Below are positions 37,921-50,610 of a DNA stretch of 64,000 nt, one piece after another. The notes under the pieces are model-generated. The model saw only the letters and a program-made list of their open reading frames with translations, was not told the origin of the DNA and did no database searches. The stretch is from contig OZ024741.1 in assembly GCA_964016885.1 (NCBI GenBank), forward strand, positions 389,980,001-390,044,000, in the 5' to 3' direction. The position numbers and the translations under genes are program-made. Each line of letters starts with the position of its first letter. The stretch's first letter is position 1. The stretch comes from Eledone cirrhosa. Its lineage: Eukaryota.

Positions 37921-39689
37921 TACCATATCAAATAATCATTTTAAAAAAATGATTTAACTCTGCTTACATTAAAGAAATAGTTATTTAAATGAAGTACCCA
38001 GTCGACACTGTAAACAATTCTGTATGAGCAAGGCATGGTAATTTGATTTGACTTGTCTCACAACAGGACAACTTGTCTAACCCATTCTAGCATTAAAAAA
38101 ATGGATGTAAACCAGTACTGATGATGATGATAATGAAGTATATTTAGTGTCAATCTTATATCAGTTATCAGAAAATTCTTTTAGTTTCCCCTATTCCCAA
38201 TGCTTTATAGGGGTCAAAAGAAACTAAAAAGATTTCCCCAGAAAGAGCAGTAATGTGTCTTTTGATAGCTTCCTTTGTCACAAGATTTTCTTTTTCTTAT
38301 GCCTGGCAATGTATCATGACTCTGTTGTGTATTATTTATTTATTTGTTTAATCAATTTAAACATCTGTATAGAGATAGTATGCCATGACAGACTAGAAGT
38401 ATCTAGTACTTCTTACCATTAAGAAACAAGATAAATGAATATATAAATTAAATAGGTAAGACCAATGGAAAGCAAATAAGCATTTAAGAAAAAATGGAAA
38501 GGAAGAGTATGTATGTTGCCACAAAAACAACAGTGTGTATGTTGACAAAGAAATATCACTGTGTGTGTCCATTAGAATCTTATCAAATTAGATTAATTTT
38601 TTTATCATTAGTTACAGTTTTTTTGTTTTTTTTAATCATTCAACAAGTTCCCAGACCTCATTCGCTTACCAACTGGAGTGGAACTCATCAAATCAATCCA
38701 AGCAAACAATGTGTCCCTTGCTGATACTATCTAAAGGTCACAACTCCTGACAGAAGTTACAGTTATAGTTTTCCTTTATTTATACTTACATTAATGAAAT
38801 ATAAACTAGCAGAATTAATAGGATGGTAGAGAAAATGCCTTGTGCTATTTGATTATATATTTTTACATTCTGAATTCAGATCTTATCCAGATTGACTTTG
38901 CCTTAATAAAATAAGTACATATCAATATAGTTGAGAGTTCCCTTGAAAGTAGTGCCCCAGTATGGTCACAGTCCTGTGACTGAGAGTGTATGCATGAATA
39001 ATATATATGCAAGATTGTATGCATGAATGACTACAATGCAGTAGTTATTTCCTTGAGTAGTGCATTATGTTCTCTGTTACTGCCAATCAACTTCATTATT
39101 CATGATTAAATTAGTACATTATTCAGCTAATTAAATTTACTACAATCAAAGATCACCTGAAAGCTCTCCTAATTCCCTTGGAATTTTAACTTTGGTATCT
39201 GAAAATATACTGATACAAATAGACTTCTGTATTTCAATAGTTTCAACAATGGTGATTTAATTGTTTGATTAACTGTGCATCCTTTTTTTCTCAATTAATA
39301 TGTAAGTGGCTGAGTGCTCCACAGACATATGTGTATACCCATTACATAGTTCCCAAACCAAATCAGTGTGAGAGAGACAATATATGGCATTCAACCTTTG
39401 AATTACAGATACTATCCTCCTGACAGGCTTATATGCAGTTTCCATTTACCTCATTTCACTTGCAAGGCTTGACTCAACCTAAGGCTATGCTAGAATACTC
39501 TTGCCCAAGATGCCACAAGGTGAGATCAAATGTGGAACCTCATGATTGTGAAGTAAATTTTTTAACTACTTGGGCATTTCTTGTGAAGCTAAACTCCGCC
39601 AGTTGCAGACTGCGCATCAACATGAGATATTCTTCTCCGCAAAGTTTGATCACCAGCAGCAGAGTTTAAAGAGCAAAGATCAAGTCCAG

Positions 39690-40060
39690 TCCATAAGTTG
39701 ACATTATCAAGCCATTGTTTTGTCTGCTAGCCTCTGCTTCTCTTACCAGCCAACCTTTTTTCCAGGCATAACTTACCCACACCACGAGTTGATCTTTTTA
39801 TATGACCATATAGTTTGAGTACTCTTGACTTGACAATAATTGGTCTAGGTTTGGTAATGTTGAGCAGCTCACTAATACAGATATGGTCGCTGAGCTGCTT
39901 GCCAGTCATAAGTCTCATGATGTGGTTCTGGAATGTAGAGAGCTTCTGCAGTGACTTTGTCATCCAATTAACACAGTCAAGACCATATAACACAACTGGT
40001 AGGATGTAAGTATCAAAGATCTTAGCCTTCAAATGATAGGAAACTCGTTTTGATGTTAGT
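39690..40060 (-). mobile_element. LINE C-terminal fragment
   Basis: KAKIFDTYILPVVLYGLDC...LKLYGHIKR...GKRSRG. Confidence 0.75.
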
Positions 40061-40651
40061 ACTTCCTTGTTCTTGTTGAAAGCTGCCTAACCTAGAGCGC
40101 AGCAACCATGCCATTGTTGTTTGATGATAGTTTGTGACCGAGATATAACAACTCCGTACTTGGACATGCCTATATGCAATAACAATATAGCAATTTGTAA
40201 CAGGATATGAGAAAGACAAGAAAGAGGAGAGGATGACACATTATCCTTTTGTCCTTTACTATGCTATGTAAATGAGACTGTTTGAAATATTTCAACTCAC
40301 TTTTTTTATGTTTTTGTTTGATATATTATCTTTTTTTCTATGTCAGAATTAAATACAATTCTGTTTTTTCATAGATACAGTAGAAACTTTCAACAAATTT
40401 TGTTCAAAATTCATTATTTTACAACAATTTTGTAGTTTTGCTTTAACAGAGTTTCCAAAGACCAGCCTCCTACCATTTTCCTCTTTAAATTCAAATTTTA
40501 AACTTTGTGCATCTGCTATGAAAAGGAAATTAGAATTCACAATCAGGGTCTGAGAATATATTTTCTGAAAATGGTTCATTAACTCCACTTCATTATATTT
40601 AGTATTAACAATAAAAAAACATATTTTTCTTTATGAAGTACCATTAATGGG

Positions 40652-40928
40652 GAGGCATGTGGCCTTTTGGTAAAGGTGTTGGACTTATAATGTCATGGGT
40701 TTGATTCCTGGACTGGGTTGTGTGTTGTGTTCTTTAGCAAAACACTTCATTTCACATTGCTCCAGTATATTCAGCTTAAAATAAGTACCAGCAGTAACTG
40801 GGGATTTAACCCTGCGATGGACTGCCATCCTGTATAGGGGAGAGTCTTGTATTTTCAGGTGCTTAACACCATGGAAACCAGGCACCAGCCTAATGAACTG
40901 CTGGGCTTGAGACAGACTTTAGACTTTT
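40652..40928 (+). mobile_element. Related tRNA/CORE-like SINE with different tail (also ~3676-3925 +, ~8125-8415 +, ~42025-42200 +, ~50640-50922 -, ~53385-53770 -, ~19495-19680 -)
   Basis: GGAGGCATGTGGCC...TTTGATTCCTGGACTGGG...GCAAAACACTTCATTTCACATTGCTCCAG. Confidence 0.8.
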
Positions 40929-41111
40929 TGATTAACTTTAGATATTTACTTCAACATAATATAACAGTAAAAATCGTTAGATTTGAGGATATTGACAGTA
41001 AAGATAACTTGATAACAGTGTTTATGGCAATGATATTGTTCCAACACTATAGTCTGCTAAGTCCTATCTAGACTCACTCTGTTGTGGTCAGTTTATATTA
41101 TATGTATAGAT

Positions 41112-41467
41112 GGCGACACATAGCTTAGTTAGAGCATTGGCCTTGAAATTGAAAGGTTGAGTTCAATTCTCAGACCGGGTGATGTGTTGTTTCCTTGAGC
41201 AGGACACTTTATTTCACATTGCTCCAGTTTACTCAGCTGTAGAAATGAGATGATAGGACTGGGGTCCCTATCATTCCACTGCAAAGTGGTCGTGGAGGTG
41301 CCACGGCCAAAAAGCACCCAGCACTCACTGTAAAGTGGACATGTTGGCGCCATGGAAAAAAAGCACCTAGCACTCACTGTAAATGAAATCAAGCCAGAAT
41401 CAGTTTCCGTCCCATCCTTGTAAGCAGGGAAAAGCAGACGTAAAATGATGATGATGATGATGATGAT
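41112..41467 (+). mobile_element. Fourth copy of the ~335 bp SINE
   Basis: Colinear with 24727-25063, small indels, (GAT)n tail. Confidence 0.88.
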
Positions 41468-42214
41468 ATACAAAACGTCATTTCAACTACATTGTTAGTA
41501 TGAGGGAGAAAAAACAAAAACAACAATTTTTTTAATGTTATGCAACAGTTAATAGCATAGGATTTCTGTTGTTATTCAATACAAACTGTGTATGCATGTG
41601 CTGATAGTGAGGGATAAACATCCTGTTACTTCTAATAATGTTACAGACCATTTAAATTAGTGCATGGTGAAGGTTAGAACAAGGTTTAAACAACAAGAAA
41701 AATGTAAAAAGCAGATGTGCTGTTAAGATAAACAGGAGTTATTAACAAATCAACTACTAAAACAGTTAGTTATTACACAAACAACATTCAAACAACATTT
41801 TGGCCTATTATTCTATTTTAAAATATTAGTAGCACTTGGTAATCAAATAGTGATTCTGTAAACAAACCTAAATTGTGATGAAAATGCTGAGTACTATGTT
41901 TATTTAATTTCCTTTATAAATGGCATTCACCATCTCAATGAATAGAAAAGTTAAAAATGAGGAATTAATGGTGTTATACTTTGGAAAATATTCATACTTA
42001 ATCTGATTCATTTTGGATGTGATGGAGGCATGTGGTCTAGTGGGAAGGGTGTTTGACTTATGATCATAATGCTGTGGGTTTGATTCCTGGACTGGGTTGT
42101 GTGTTGTGTTCTTGAGCAAACCACTTCATTTCACATTGCTCCAGTATATTCAGCTGAAAATAAGTACCAGCAATAGGTTGGGAATTTAACCCTGTGATAG
42201 ACTTGTTCTCTGAT

Positions 42215-43470
42215 CTCCTTGAAGCTGGCAGCAAAAGGAGAGCATTCCTAGATCGATGAGCTGGACTGTAATGCTGATGAGGAAGGGCAAGAACAAGAGG
42301 GACACTTTAGACAATTTCAGACCCATAAATCTGCTAAATACAGAATTTAAGATTTTGGCCAAAGTGTTAGCAAAGTGGTTGGCACTTGTCGTACAACCCC
42401 GACCAAGCTCATATGCAACCACCTTCCCAACATGCGATACATCATAGAGAGGAGTAGGGAGTAAATCTAGCTTCTTTGGAGCTATGTTCAATTTGGATCA
42501 ATCAAAAGCTTTCGATAGGGTTGACCATCGATACCTGGAAGCTGTCCTCAAGGCAGTTGTCTTCCGTACCATCTTCAGAGGCTGGGTCACTGCAATGCAC
42601 AATGGCATCTCTTCAGTAGTCAAAGTAAATGGCCATATTTTGGAATCACTTCAGATCATGTGATCGGTCCATAAAGGGTGCCCTCTCTCTTCCCATCTGT
42701 AGATGGAGTTGTTGCAGGGCATCCCACTTGAACCAGGATGTAGAAGGGCTGTGTTGACATATGCGGATGACCTCACCGATTGAGGTAGTTGGCACTTTCT
42801 TAGAGGAATATGAAAGGTTGAAGGGAGCAAAACTGAACCCAGAAAAGTTTTGCAGCTCAGCACCTGGAGAGACAAATCCATGCCATTCATCAGCATCGTT
42901 GGATGCTGGACGGATGAACCTGTAAAGTTGCTCTGGATCTGGTTCAGACCATAAAAACTGGGACGAGGTAACGTGCAGGGGGCTGTCACCCAGAAATGGG
43001 CCAAGAGGAAGATATCCCTGAAAGGTCAAGCGGAGGTAGCGAACATGTACATTTCATCCGTCATCTATGGAATGTTGCCAGGCACTCACTACCCAGGTGG
43101 GCAATGCGGTCAGTGGAAATTCTACTTTAGAGTTCGATAGAGGATAAATGGTGGGCAATGCAACAACACTATTGGAGAGGCTCTGGCCGTGCATCACTAA
43201 CTTGTGTAGTTATGTCGAACAGCTGTTATCACATGTAGGAAGAATCCAGCTATCAGATGAGTCCATCATGAGGATTGCTCCACCACTGTCTTTTGGCCGG
43301 GAAAGGCAGGCAGTTTTCCTCTGCTTGGTGGCCGTAGCGAAGGAGACACTTTCCTCTTCGGCCAATCCCTCAACTTTTTTAATTTTCATTTGGAAAGGAA
43401 GGTGGAGAGAGAAGTGCTGCCTCCCAGTACATTTACAAAAAGGTGGGTGAATTTTGCGAGAATGGCTTGT
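42215..43470 (+). mobile_element. L1/Tx1-clade LINE RT relic
   Basis: DNFRPINLLNTEFKILAKVLA, NLDQSKAFDRVDHRYL, GCPLS, YADD; heavily deleted. Confidence 0.82.
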
Positions 43471-43625
43471 GTGAATGTGTTTGCAAGCTGGCTGATTTGA
43501 AGAGGAGGCGGGTGCCTTCTTTGAGTGCTCTCGGAGAATCAGGTGGTTCGGGATTGATAGAGTTCCTGAGTCACCCCTGGGTGGTTCTCCCCCTATTGGG
43601 GAATTTTCATTGTTATAATTCCTTA

Positions 43626-44337
43626 TAGAGTTACGGCCCTTTATGATCTGAGTTCAAATCTCACCGAGGTTAACTTTGCCTTTCATCCTTACGGGGTCGA
43701 TAAAATAAAGGACCAGTAATACACTGGGGTAATTGATGGCCTTGTGCCAAATGTAGAAACAATTATAGAGTTACAGCCCTTCATGGTCTGAGTTCAAATC
43801 CCGCTGAGGTTAACTTTGCCTTTCATCCTTACAGGGTCGCTAAAATAAAGTACCAGTGAAATACTGGGGTCAATTTAATTGACTTTCCCCTCCCCCTCAA
43901 CTTACTGGCCTTGTGTCTATACTAGAAATCATTATTTGGCAGTATCAGTATAACGTTGGACACCATACTTTATGTATTATAGTTACATCCCTTTACATTC
44001 TAAGTTCAAATTCCTCCAAGGTTAGCTTTGCCTTTCATCTTTGCAGGGTTGATAAAATAAAGTATCAGTAATGCACTGGGGTTGATTTAATCAACTTTCC
44101 CTTCCCCCAAAACTGTTGGCCTTGTGCCTAAATCAGAAACCATTATTGGTGGATTGGCAGTATCGGTAGAGGGTCGGACGCCATGCTTTGCAGCACAGTT
44201 ACGTCCCTTTACGGACTGAGTTCAAATCCCACCGAGGTTAACTTTGCCTTTCATCCTTACGGGGTCGATAAAATAAAGTACCAGTAATACACTGGGATAA
44301 TTGTTGGCTTGTGCCAAAAAGTAGAAACCATTATTAT
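43626..44337 (+). mobile_element. Head-to-tail array of four ~140-210 bp SINE units
   Basis: Four GAGTTCAAAT...GCCTTTCATC...AGAAAC(A/C)ATTAT units; short and long variants. Confidence 0.88.
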
Positions 44338-44907
44338 TTGAGTTAAATCTTTTCTTGGTTATGAGGTTTTGGTTATAGTTCTTTTAGATGCATACCATAC
44401 TTAATTGTGTGCTGTGATGTGTTTGGGGACAATACTGTTTGATATCTCTTATAATTTATAATTCTTTTCAATATTCAAAATGTCCCGAAAAAAATAATTC
44501 AGGATATTACCTCTACTACTACTACTTCAACAACTTATGGAATTTAGGGCTTTGGCTGGCAATAGCATCTGTTAATTTCCACTATCTGATAATTCTCACA
44601 CTTCATCATAAAAATGGTGTTTGTTTCTGACCAGAGTATAAAGTAAACATTACTAGAATTTATAAAATTTAAAGTTGGTAATTGATAATTTGTGATTTTT
44701 GTTTGTGGAGGCAGCCTATTTTCTGGTGAAAATATCCTCATTGTTTGTGTAGAAAATGTCAGAACTTTAGCAATTACATTGAGGATGAGTCATTTTAGCC
44801 ATTCAAAAACATACAAAAACTGTTAACTTTTTTTTTTTTTGTGTGTCAGTATTATTGTTGCACTGGTTACTGACATACTTCCACTGCAATTTCACAGTTA
44901 AAATAAA

Positions 44908-45087
44908 TAATTGTTTCTACTTTAGGCACAAGGCCAGCAATTAACCAGTGCATTACTGGTACTTTATTTTATCGACCCCGTAAGGATGAAAGGCAAAGTC
45001 AACCTCGGCGGGATTTGAACTCAGATCGTAAAGGGACGTAACTATGCTGGAAAGCATGGCGTCCGACCCTCTACCGATACTGCCAAT
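44908..45087 (-). mobile_element. ~190 bp SINE with 17 bp TSD CAGTTAAAATAAATAAT
   Basis: Direct repeat at 44895 and 45088. Confidence 0.9.
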
Positions 45088-47560
45088 CAGTTAAAATAAA
45101 TAATGAAATGTAATAGGAAGTTAAGAGATTTTCTGTGTTTGTGTTTTTTAATAACTAAAATTACTCTTCCACTGTGATTTCTTTAGTTTCAACTTAAATC
45201 AAGTCACTTGCCATCATCATCATCATTATTGTTTTTATGTCTGCTTTTCCATGTTTGCATGGTTTGGCCAGACAAGTACAACTCCAAAATGTCAGAACTT
45301 TGTTTTACTGAAACTTTTGCTATGGATGCAAGTTTTCTATAGTGCAGTTTTGAAAGAACTTTGACCTTTTCAGAGTTTGGTGAAATCTTCAAAGGTATTT
45401 TTTTTTTCATTTGATATTTAGAGTGTGCTTACATGAACAGCATCATCACCATCAAATTATAAGCATAATCATTTATCACTCCCAATAATTTTTATATATA
45501 TTCTTTGTTGATGTGGAATGATTGACTCATGGAATGTTGTATGAATAAACAATAAAATGGTAGTCTATAAGAATTATTTAGTTCCAGCTTCTAGACAAGA
45601 TGGCTGAAGAATTATCTAATAGCCGTACATAACTCAACGTTTAAACTGCAGGTTTGAAAATATTTGTTTTTGCATTAACTTTGCCAAATACATAAACCTT
45701 CTTTTATAATTTGACCTTAAAGTTTGCTTTCAAACATCTTTTACATAATGTCAAGTTATTTCTATTTTTCTGCTCATTTCCTTTGATGTCCGGAACATTT
45801 CAGTTCTTAAACAGTAAACCTTTTTTTATTAAAAAAAAAAAGGTAAGTTGGCAGAGTTGCTAAAGTATTAGATTAAATGCCACATATTTGTTTTGGCTCT
45901 CAGGTTCTGAGTTCAAATCCTGCCATGGTCAACTTTGCCTTTCATTCTTTCGGAGTTGATTGATGGAATTGTTAAAGAGTAGGTCATGATGCTTTGTGAT
46001 ATAATAGTTCAAATCCCGCCTCTTTCTGCCAGGAATTGTGACCACTATATAGTATTAGCAATGTAAAGACCAATGGAAATGTGGTTTCTTTGATCCAATC
46101 TAATAATTAACCCCTTTTTGTTTCCTTAAATGAAGTATTTATTAGTGTGGAAATCAATTTCTGCCATTTTGTAAATTATTGGCAGTTTCCATAGAGGTCC
46201 TTTTTTTAAAAAACTTCATCTGGAATCAATTTATGCAAAAATATTTCTTGTTTCATATAGAAACAAGGTGGCAGAGTCATTAGAACATTGGATAGAATGA
46301 TTTGTGGTATTCATTTTAGCTCTCTGTTCAAATCCCGCTTATGTCAACTTTACCTTTCATCCATTTGAGGTCAATTAAAAAAAAGTACCAGTCAAGTACT
46401 GAGATTGATTCTTCCTCTATATCTCTTTTCTCACTTCCTTTCTCTCACTTTCTATCCTTCTCTGGAAGAAATCTGCTGTATTTAGACCTGGAGAGGGATG
46501 GGCTTTGCCATATTTAAAAATGCCCAAGAAATGCTGTATGTCAAATATGGTGCCCTTATGACTCCCTCACGAGTTATGAGACCATGCAGAAAGAAAAAAA
46601 CATAGCAAACATCAGTATACTGATTCATCATCACCATCATATATTTATTTTAGCATGCAGGCATGATTTGGTTCAGTTGTCATGGTGTAAGTTTAGACAG
46701 ATAAGAAAACCATGTATTGTTCTATTATCCAACTTATAGGTTTTAATATGAAAACACAAGACAGGATTGTAGGGGATCTCTGAGAGAATTCAATTTATCA
46801 ATTTATTTCTGAGCAGTCTCTTGTTCTTTTGGGACAGTTATCATTGAATAAATCTATGAAAAAAGAATTCATTTTTTTTTTAAATTCACTGGGAAAATCA
46901 GAATACAGATTCCTTCTGCTCCAAATGTTGTGTTCTAATGTTTTTTTCTTTTTTAGTAAAACGATTTTCCCCCAGTTATTAACCCTTTTAATACTAAACT
47001 GTTTCTGGTTCTATGATACAAAGCTGTTTATTCTAAAAAACTTTCCATCATAATTTTATGTAAGAACTTTTGTTAAGGTACATTCCAAACACCAGATTAA
47101 TAACAAAAATGTTATTTTTACTAAATCCTACCTCATTATTTATTATTTTTTAAAGAATTATTTGAAAATCAATGGTAACCAATCCAGGGCCTTCTCACTT
47201 CTGTTGAAGGAAGCCCATGGTCTGGTGGGAGAGCTGGTTTAGTCACTGATCATGAAGCAGGTTGTACTGGGTTATATGGTACCAATAGCAGGCAAAAACC
47301 TGGCCTCACCATACTAGGGTCTGGTGGGGTGGGTGGGGGGCTGGCTTAGTCACTGACCATGAAGCAGGTTGTACTGGGGTACACGGTACCAATATCAGGC
47401 AAAAACCTGATAAAAAATTAAACTTTTTTTTTATATTTTATGTGGCAAAAGTGTTTTAAAATTAAAAATGAATGAAATATTGAATATGATTGGACATATC
47501 TTAACCCCCCCCCCCTCTCTCAATTAAATTGAGATCCTACTTTTCCTTCTGATTTGTTAG

Positions 47561-47668
47561 TACGAGTGGATCAGTCTGCCCCATCCTAATTCAGGAAATA
47601 AACCACGGAAAAAGAAAAAAATTGCAAAGACTTTAAATAAATCTCACAGTAGGAAAACTAACATCAAG
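47561..47668 (+). CDS. CEP78: CEP78-like exon D (basic, NLS-like stretch)
   Basis: TTGTTAG acceptor, GTAAGA donor, 108 nt, phase 0/0. Encodes YEWISLPHPNSGNKPRKKKKIAKTLNKSHSRKTNIK; recalled CEP78 YQWITSP...KQKRRTI...KATIRI. Confidence 0.85.
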
Positions 47669-47835
47669 GTAAGACTTGCACCTTTAGTTTTTCTCCATTA
47701 ACGTATTATATGTGTGTGTGTTTGTGTGTGCGTGTGTGTGTGTAGAGGAGAGGTGTTAAAAATAATGGTTGTGGTGGTTGCAGTGGCAGGGGGGGGGGGG
47801 GCGGGGCTGATATATGGTTATGGTGATGTATGGTG

Positions 47836-48286
47836 GTGTCCATGTAGGGGCTCCCACATGAGCACTGAGTGCAATGTCAACTCTGGATGTCTGTGAGCAT
47901 GTCCAGCTAACCTCAGTCTCCTCTGTGTCACTTTTGAGCTGACTTCTGGGAGGCTCCCATACAGCTCTGAGTTTTTCATCCTCAGTGTATACTGATTAAT
48001 GTTCAGAGCCATCCTCAGCATTCTAGTGTAGCACCCATCCACCATCTGAGTGAGTTTCTTGGTCAGGGTCCAAGTTTCAGACCCGTAGAGCAGCACAGAC
48101 TTCACTACAGCAATGAAGAGGCGGATTTTCAGGAGGAGAGAGGTTAACGTATGTTGATGCCCTAAGGACAGAAACTGGTCTCTTGGAGACTCAGGACATG
48201 GCAGCGATAATGAGGGACAGAGACCGCTGGAGAGAACTCGTCCATGGATCTCGAGAATTTTACCTGCCCTAGATAGATAGATATAG
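47836..48286. mobile_element. RTE-like LINE 3' fragment with 5' inversion
   Basis: Minus 47836-~48135 (VLLYGSETW...WEPLHGH), plus ~48136-48286 (RLTYVDALR...REFYLP* + GATA tail); same family as 31445-34200. Confidence 0.88.
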
Positions 48287-49862
48287 ATGGTGGTGTTGGT
48301 GTATGGTTGTGGTGATGGTGATGATGTATGGTGGTGTTGGTGTATGGTTGTGGTGATGGTGGTGTTGGTGTATGGTTGTGGTGATGAGGTGGTGTTAGTG
48401 TATGGTGGTGGTGTTGGTGTATGATTGTGGGGATGGTGATGATGAATGGTGGTGTTGGTGTATGGTTGTGGTGATGGTGGTGGTGTTGGTGTATGGTTGT
48501 GGTGATGGTGGTGGTGTATGGTTGTGGTGATGGTGTTGGTGTTGGTTGTGGTGGTGTTGTTGGTGTATGGTTGTGGTGATGGTGTATGGTTGTGGTGGTG
48601 GTGTATGGTTGTGGTGGTGGTGGTGTTGGTGTATGGTGGTGGTGATGGTGATGGTGTATGGTTGTGGTGATGGTGGTGTTGGTGTATGGTTGTGGTGATG
48701 GTGGTGGTGTCTGGTGATGGTGGTGTATGGTTGTGGTGATGGTGGTGGTGATGGTTGTGGTGGGGGTGTATGGTTGTGGTGATGGTGGTGGTGGTGTATG
48801 GTTTTGGTGGTGGTAATGGTGTATGGTTGTGGTGATGCTGGTGGGGTTGGTGTATGGCTGTGATGGTGGTGGTGTTGGTGGTGGTGATGGTGTATGGTTG
48901 TGGTGGTTGTGTTGGTGTATGGTTGTGGTGATGGTGTTGGTGTATGGCTGTGGTGATGGTGGTGGTGTTGGTGTATGATTGTGGGGATGGTGATGATGAA
49001 TGGTGGTGTTGGTGTATGGTTGTGGTGATGGTGGTGGTGTTGGTGTATGGTTGTGGTGATGGTGTTGGTGTTGGTGTATGGTTGTGGTGTATGGTGGTGG
49101 TGTTGGTTGTGGTGGTGTTGTTGGTGTATGGTTGTGGTGATGGTGTATGGTTGTGGTGATGGTGTATGGTTGTGGTGTTGGTGTATGGTTGTGGTGGTGG
49201 TGGTGTTGGTGTATGGTGGTGGTGGTGGTGTTGGTGTATGGTTGTGGTGATGGTGATGGTGTATGGTTGTGGTGATGGTGGTGTTGGTGTATGGTTGTGG
49301 TGATGGTGGTGGTGATGGTGGTGTATGGTTGTGGTGATGGTAGTGGTGATGGTTGTGGTGGGGGTGTATGGTTTTGGTGGTGGTGTTGGTGTATGGTTGT
49401 GGTGATGGTGGTGGTGGTGTATGGTTTTGGTGGTGGTAATGGTGTATGGTTGTGGTGATGCTGGTGGGGTTGGTGTATGGCTGTGATGGTGGTGGTGTTG
49501 GTGGTGGTGATGGTGTATGGTTGTGGTGGTTGTGTTGGTGTATGGTTGTGGTGATGGTCTATGGTGGTGGTGTTGGTGTATGGGTGATGGTGGTGGTGTT
49601 GGTGTATGGTTGTGGTGATGGTGTATGGTTGTGGTGTTGGTGTATGGTTGTAGTGATGGTAGTGGTGTTGGTGTATGGTTGTGGTGATGGTGTATGGTTG
49701 TGGTGTTGGTGTATGGTTGTAGTGATGGTAGTGGTGTTGGTGTATGGTTGTAGTGATGTTGCTGGTGTATGGTTGTGGTGATGGTGTTGGTGTATGGTGG
49801 TGGTGTATGGCTGTGGTGATGGTGTTGGTGTATGGCTGTGGTGATGGTGTATAGCTGTGGTG
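48287..49862. repeat. 1.6 kb GT-rich satellite (TGGTGTATGGTTGTGGTGA-like)
   Basis: Continuous degenerate TGG/TGTA units with internal block duplication. Confidence 0.95.
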
Positions 49863-49939
49863 ATACTCATCATACTCATCACATTAAAAATAATTCCTGA
49901 CTGAACCTAAGTGGAAATAAACACTGTGGATATAAATAA

Positions 49940-50610
49940 GTATCACCACCATTTTACATCTATTTTCCATAAATGAATCTTCTCTAGTACATCTGCTTCA
50001 TGAGATCCAACCTCCTAAAATCATCTTACACCGCCAGTTCTCATTTCTTCCTTACACTAATTCTTTTGCATGTTCTCTCCTCTTGAATCACTTGGCAAAC
50101 CTTTACCCATCTGTCATCTTTCATATGGATCACTTATCCATACCAGTCTAGCTTTCTTGCTAGCACATTACATCTGACTCCTATTATGCTCAGTTTTTTC
50201 TCTCACCTCATTTGTGCTTTGTTGTTCATGCACACAAACATTACATATCCTGAGGAGCACACTTAACTCATTTCTTTCCAGCCTTTGCATACCCTTCACA
50301 TGCATTGTCCTATCTTTTGCTGCCATACAACATTGCATTTCATACACAAGCATCATACTATATCGTTCACTTGAAGAGAGAATCCTTTTGTTACCAGCAG
50401 AGGTAATATCTCCCTGAACTTTTTCCACTCTATTCTCAATCTGGTTGCTTTTCTTTTGGAACATCAACCTCCTCCATGGTTAATCAGGTCACCTGGTTAA
50501 CAGAAGCTATCAAATATTTCAAGGGTGCTTTCTGAGCATTTGAAAGAATTCATTTCATGCATGTTCATCTTGTTAACTACTCCTGTGCACCTATTACGTA
50601 TACATTCCAA
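49940..50610 (-). mobile_element. Old RTE C-terminal fragment
   Basis: MQRLERNELSVLLRICNV...STNEVREK; relics of DSFC.LGD. Confidence 0.7.
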
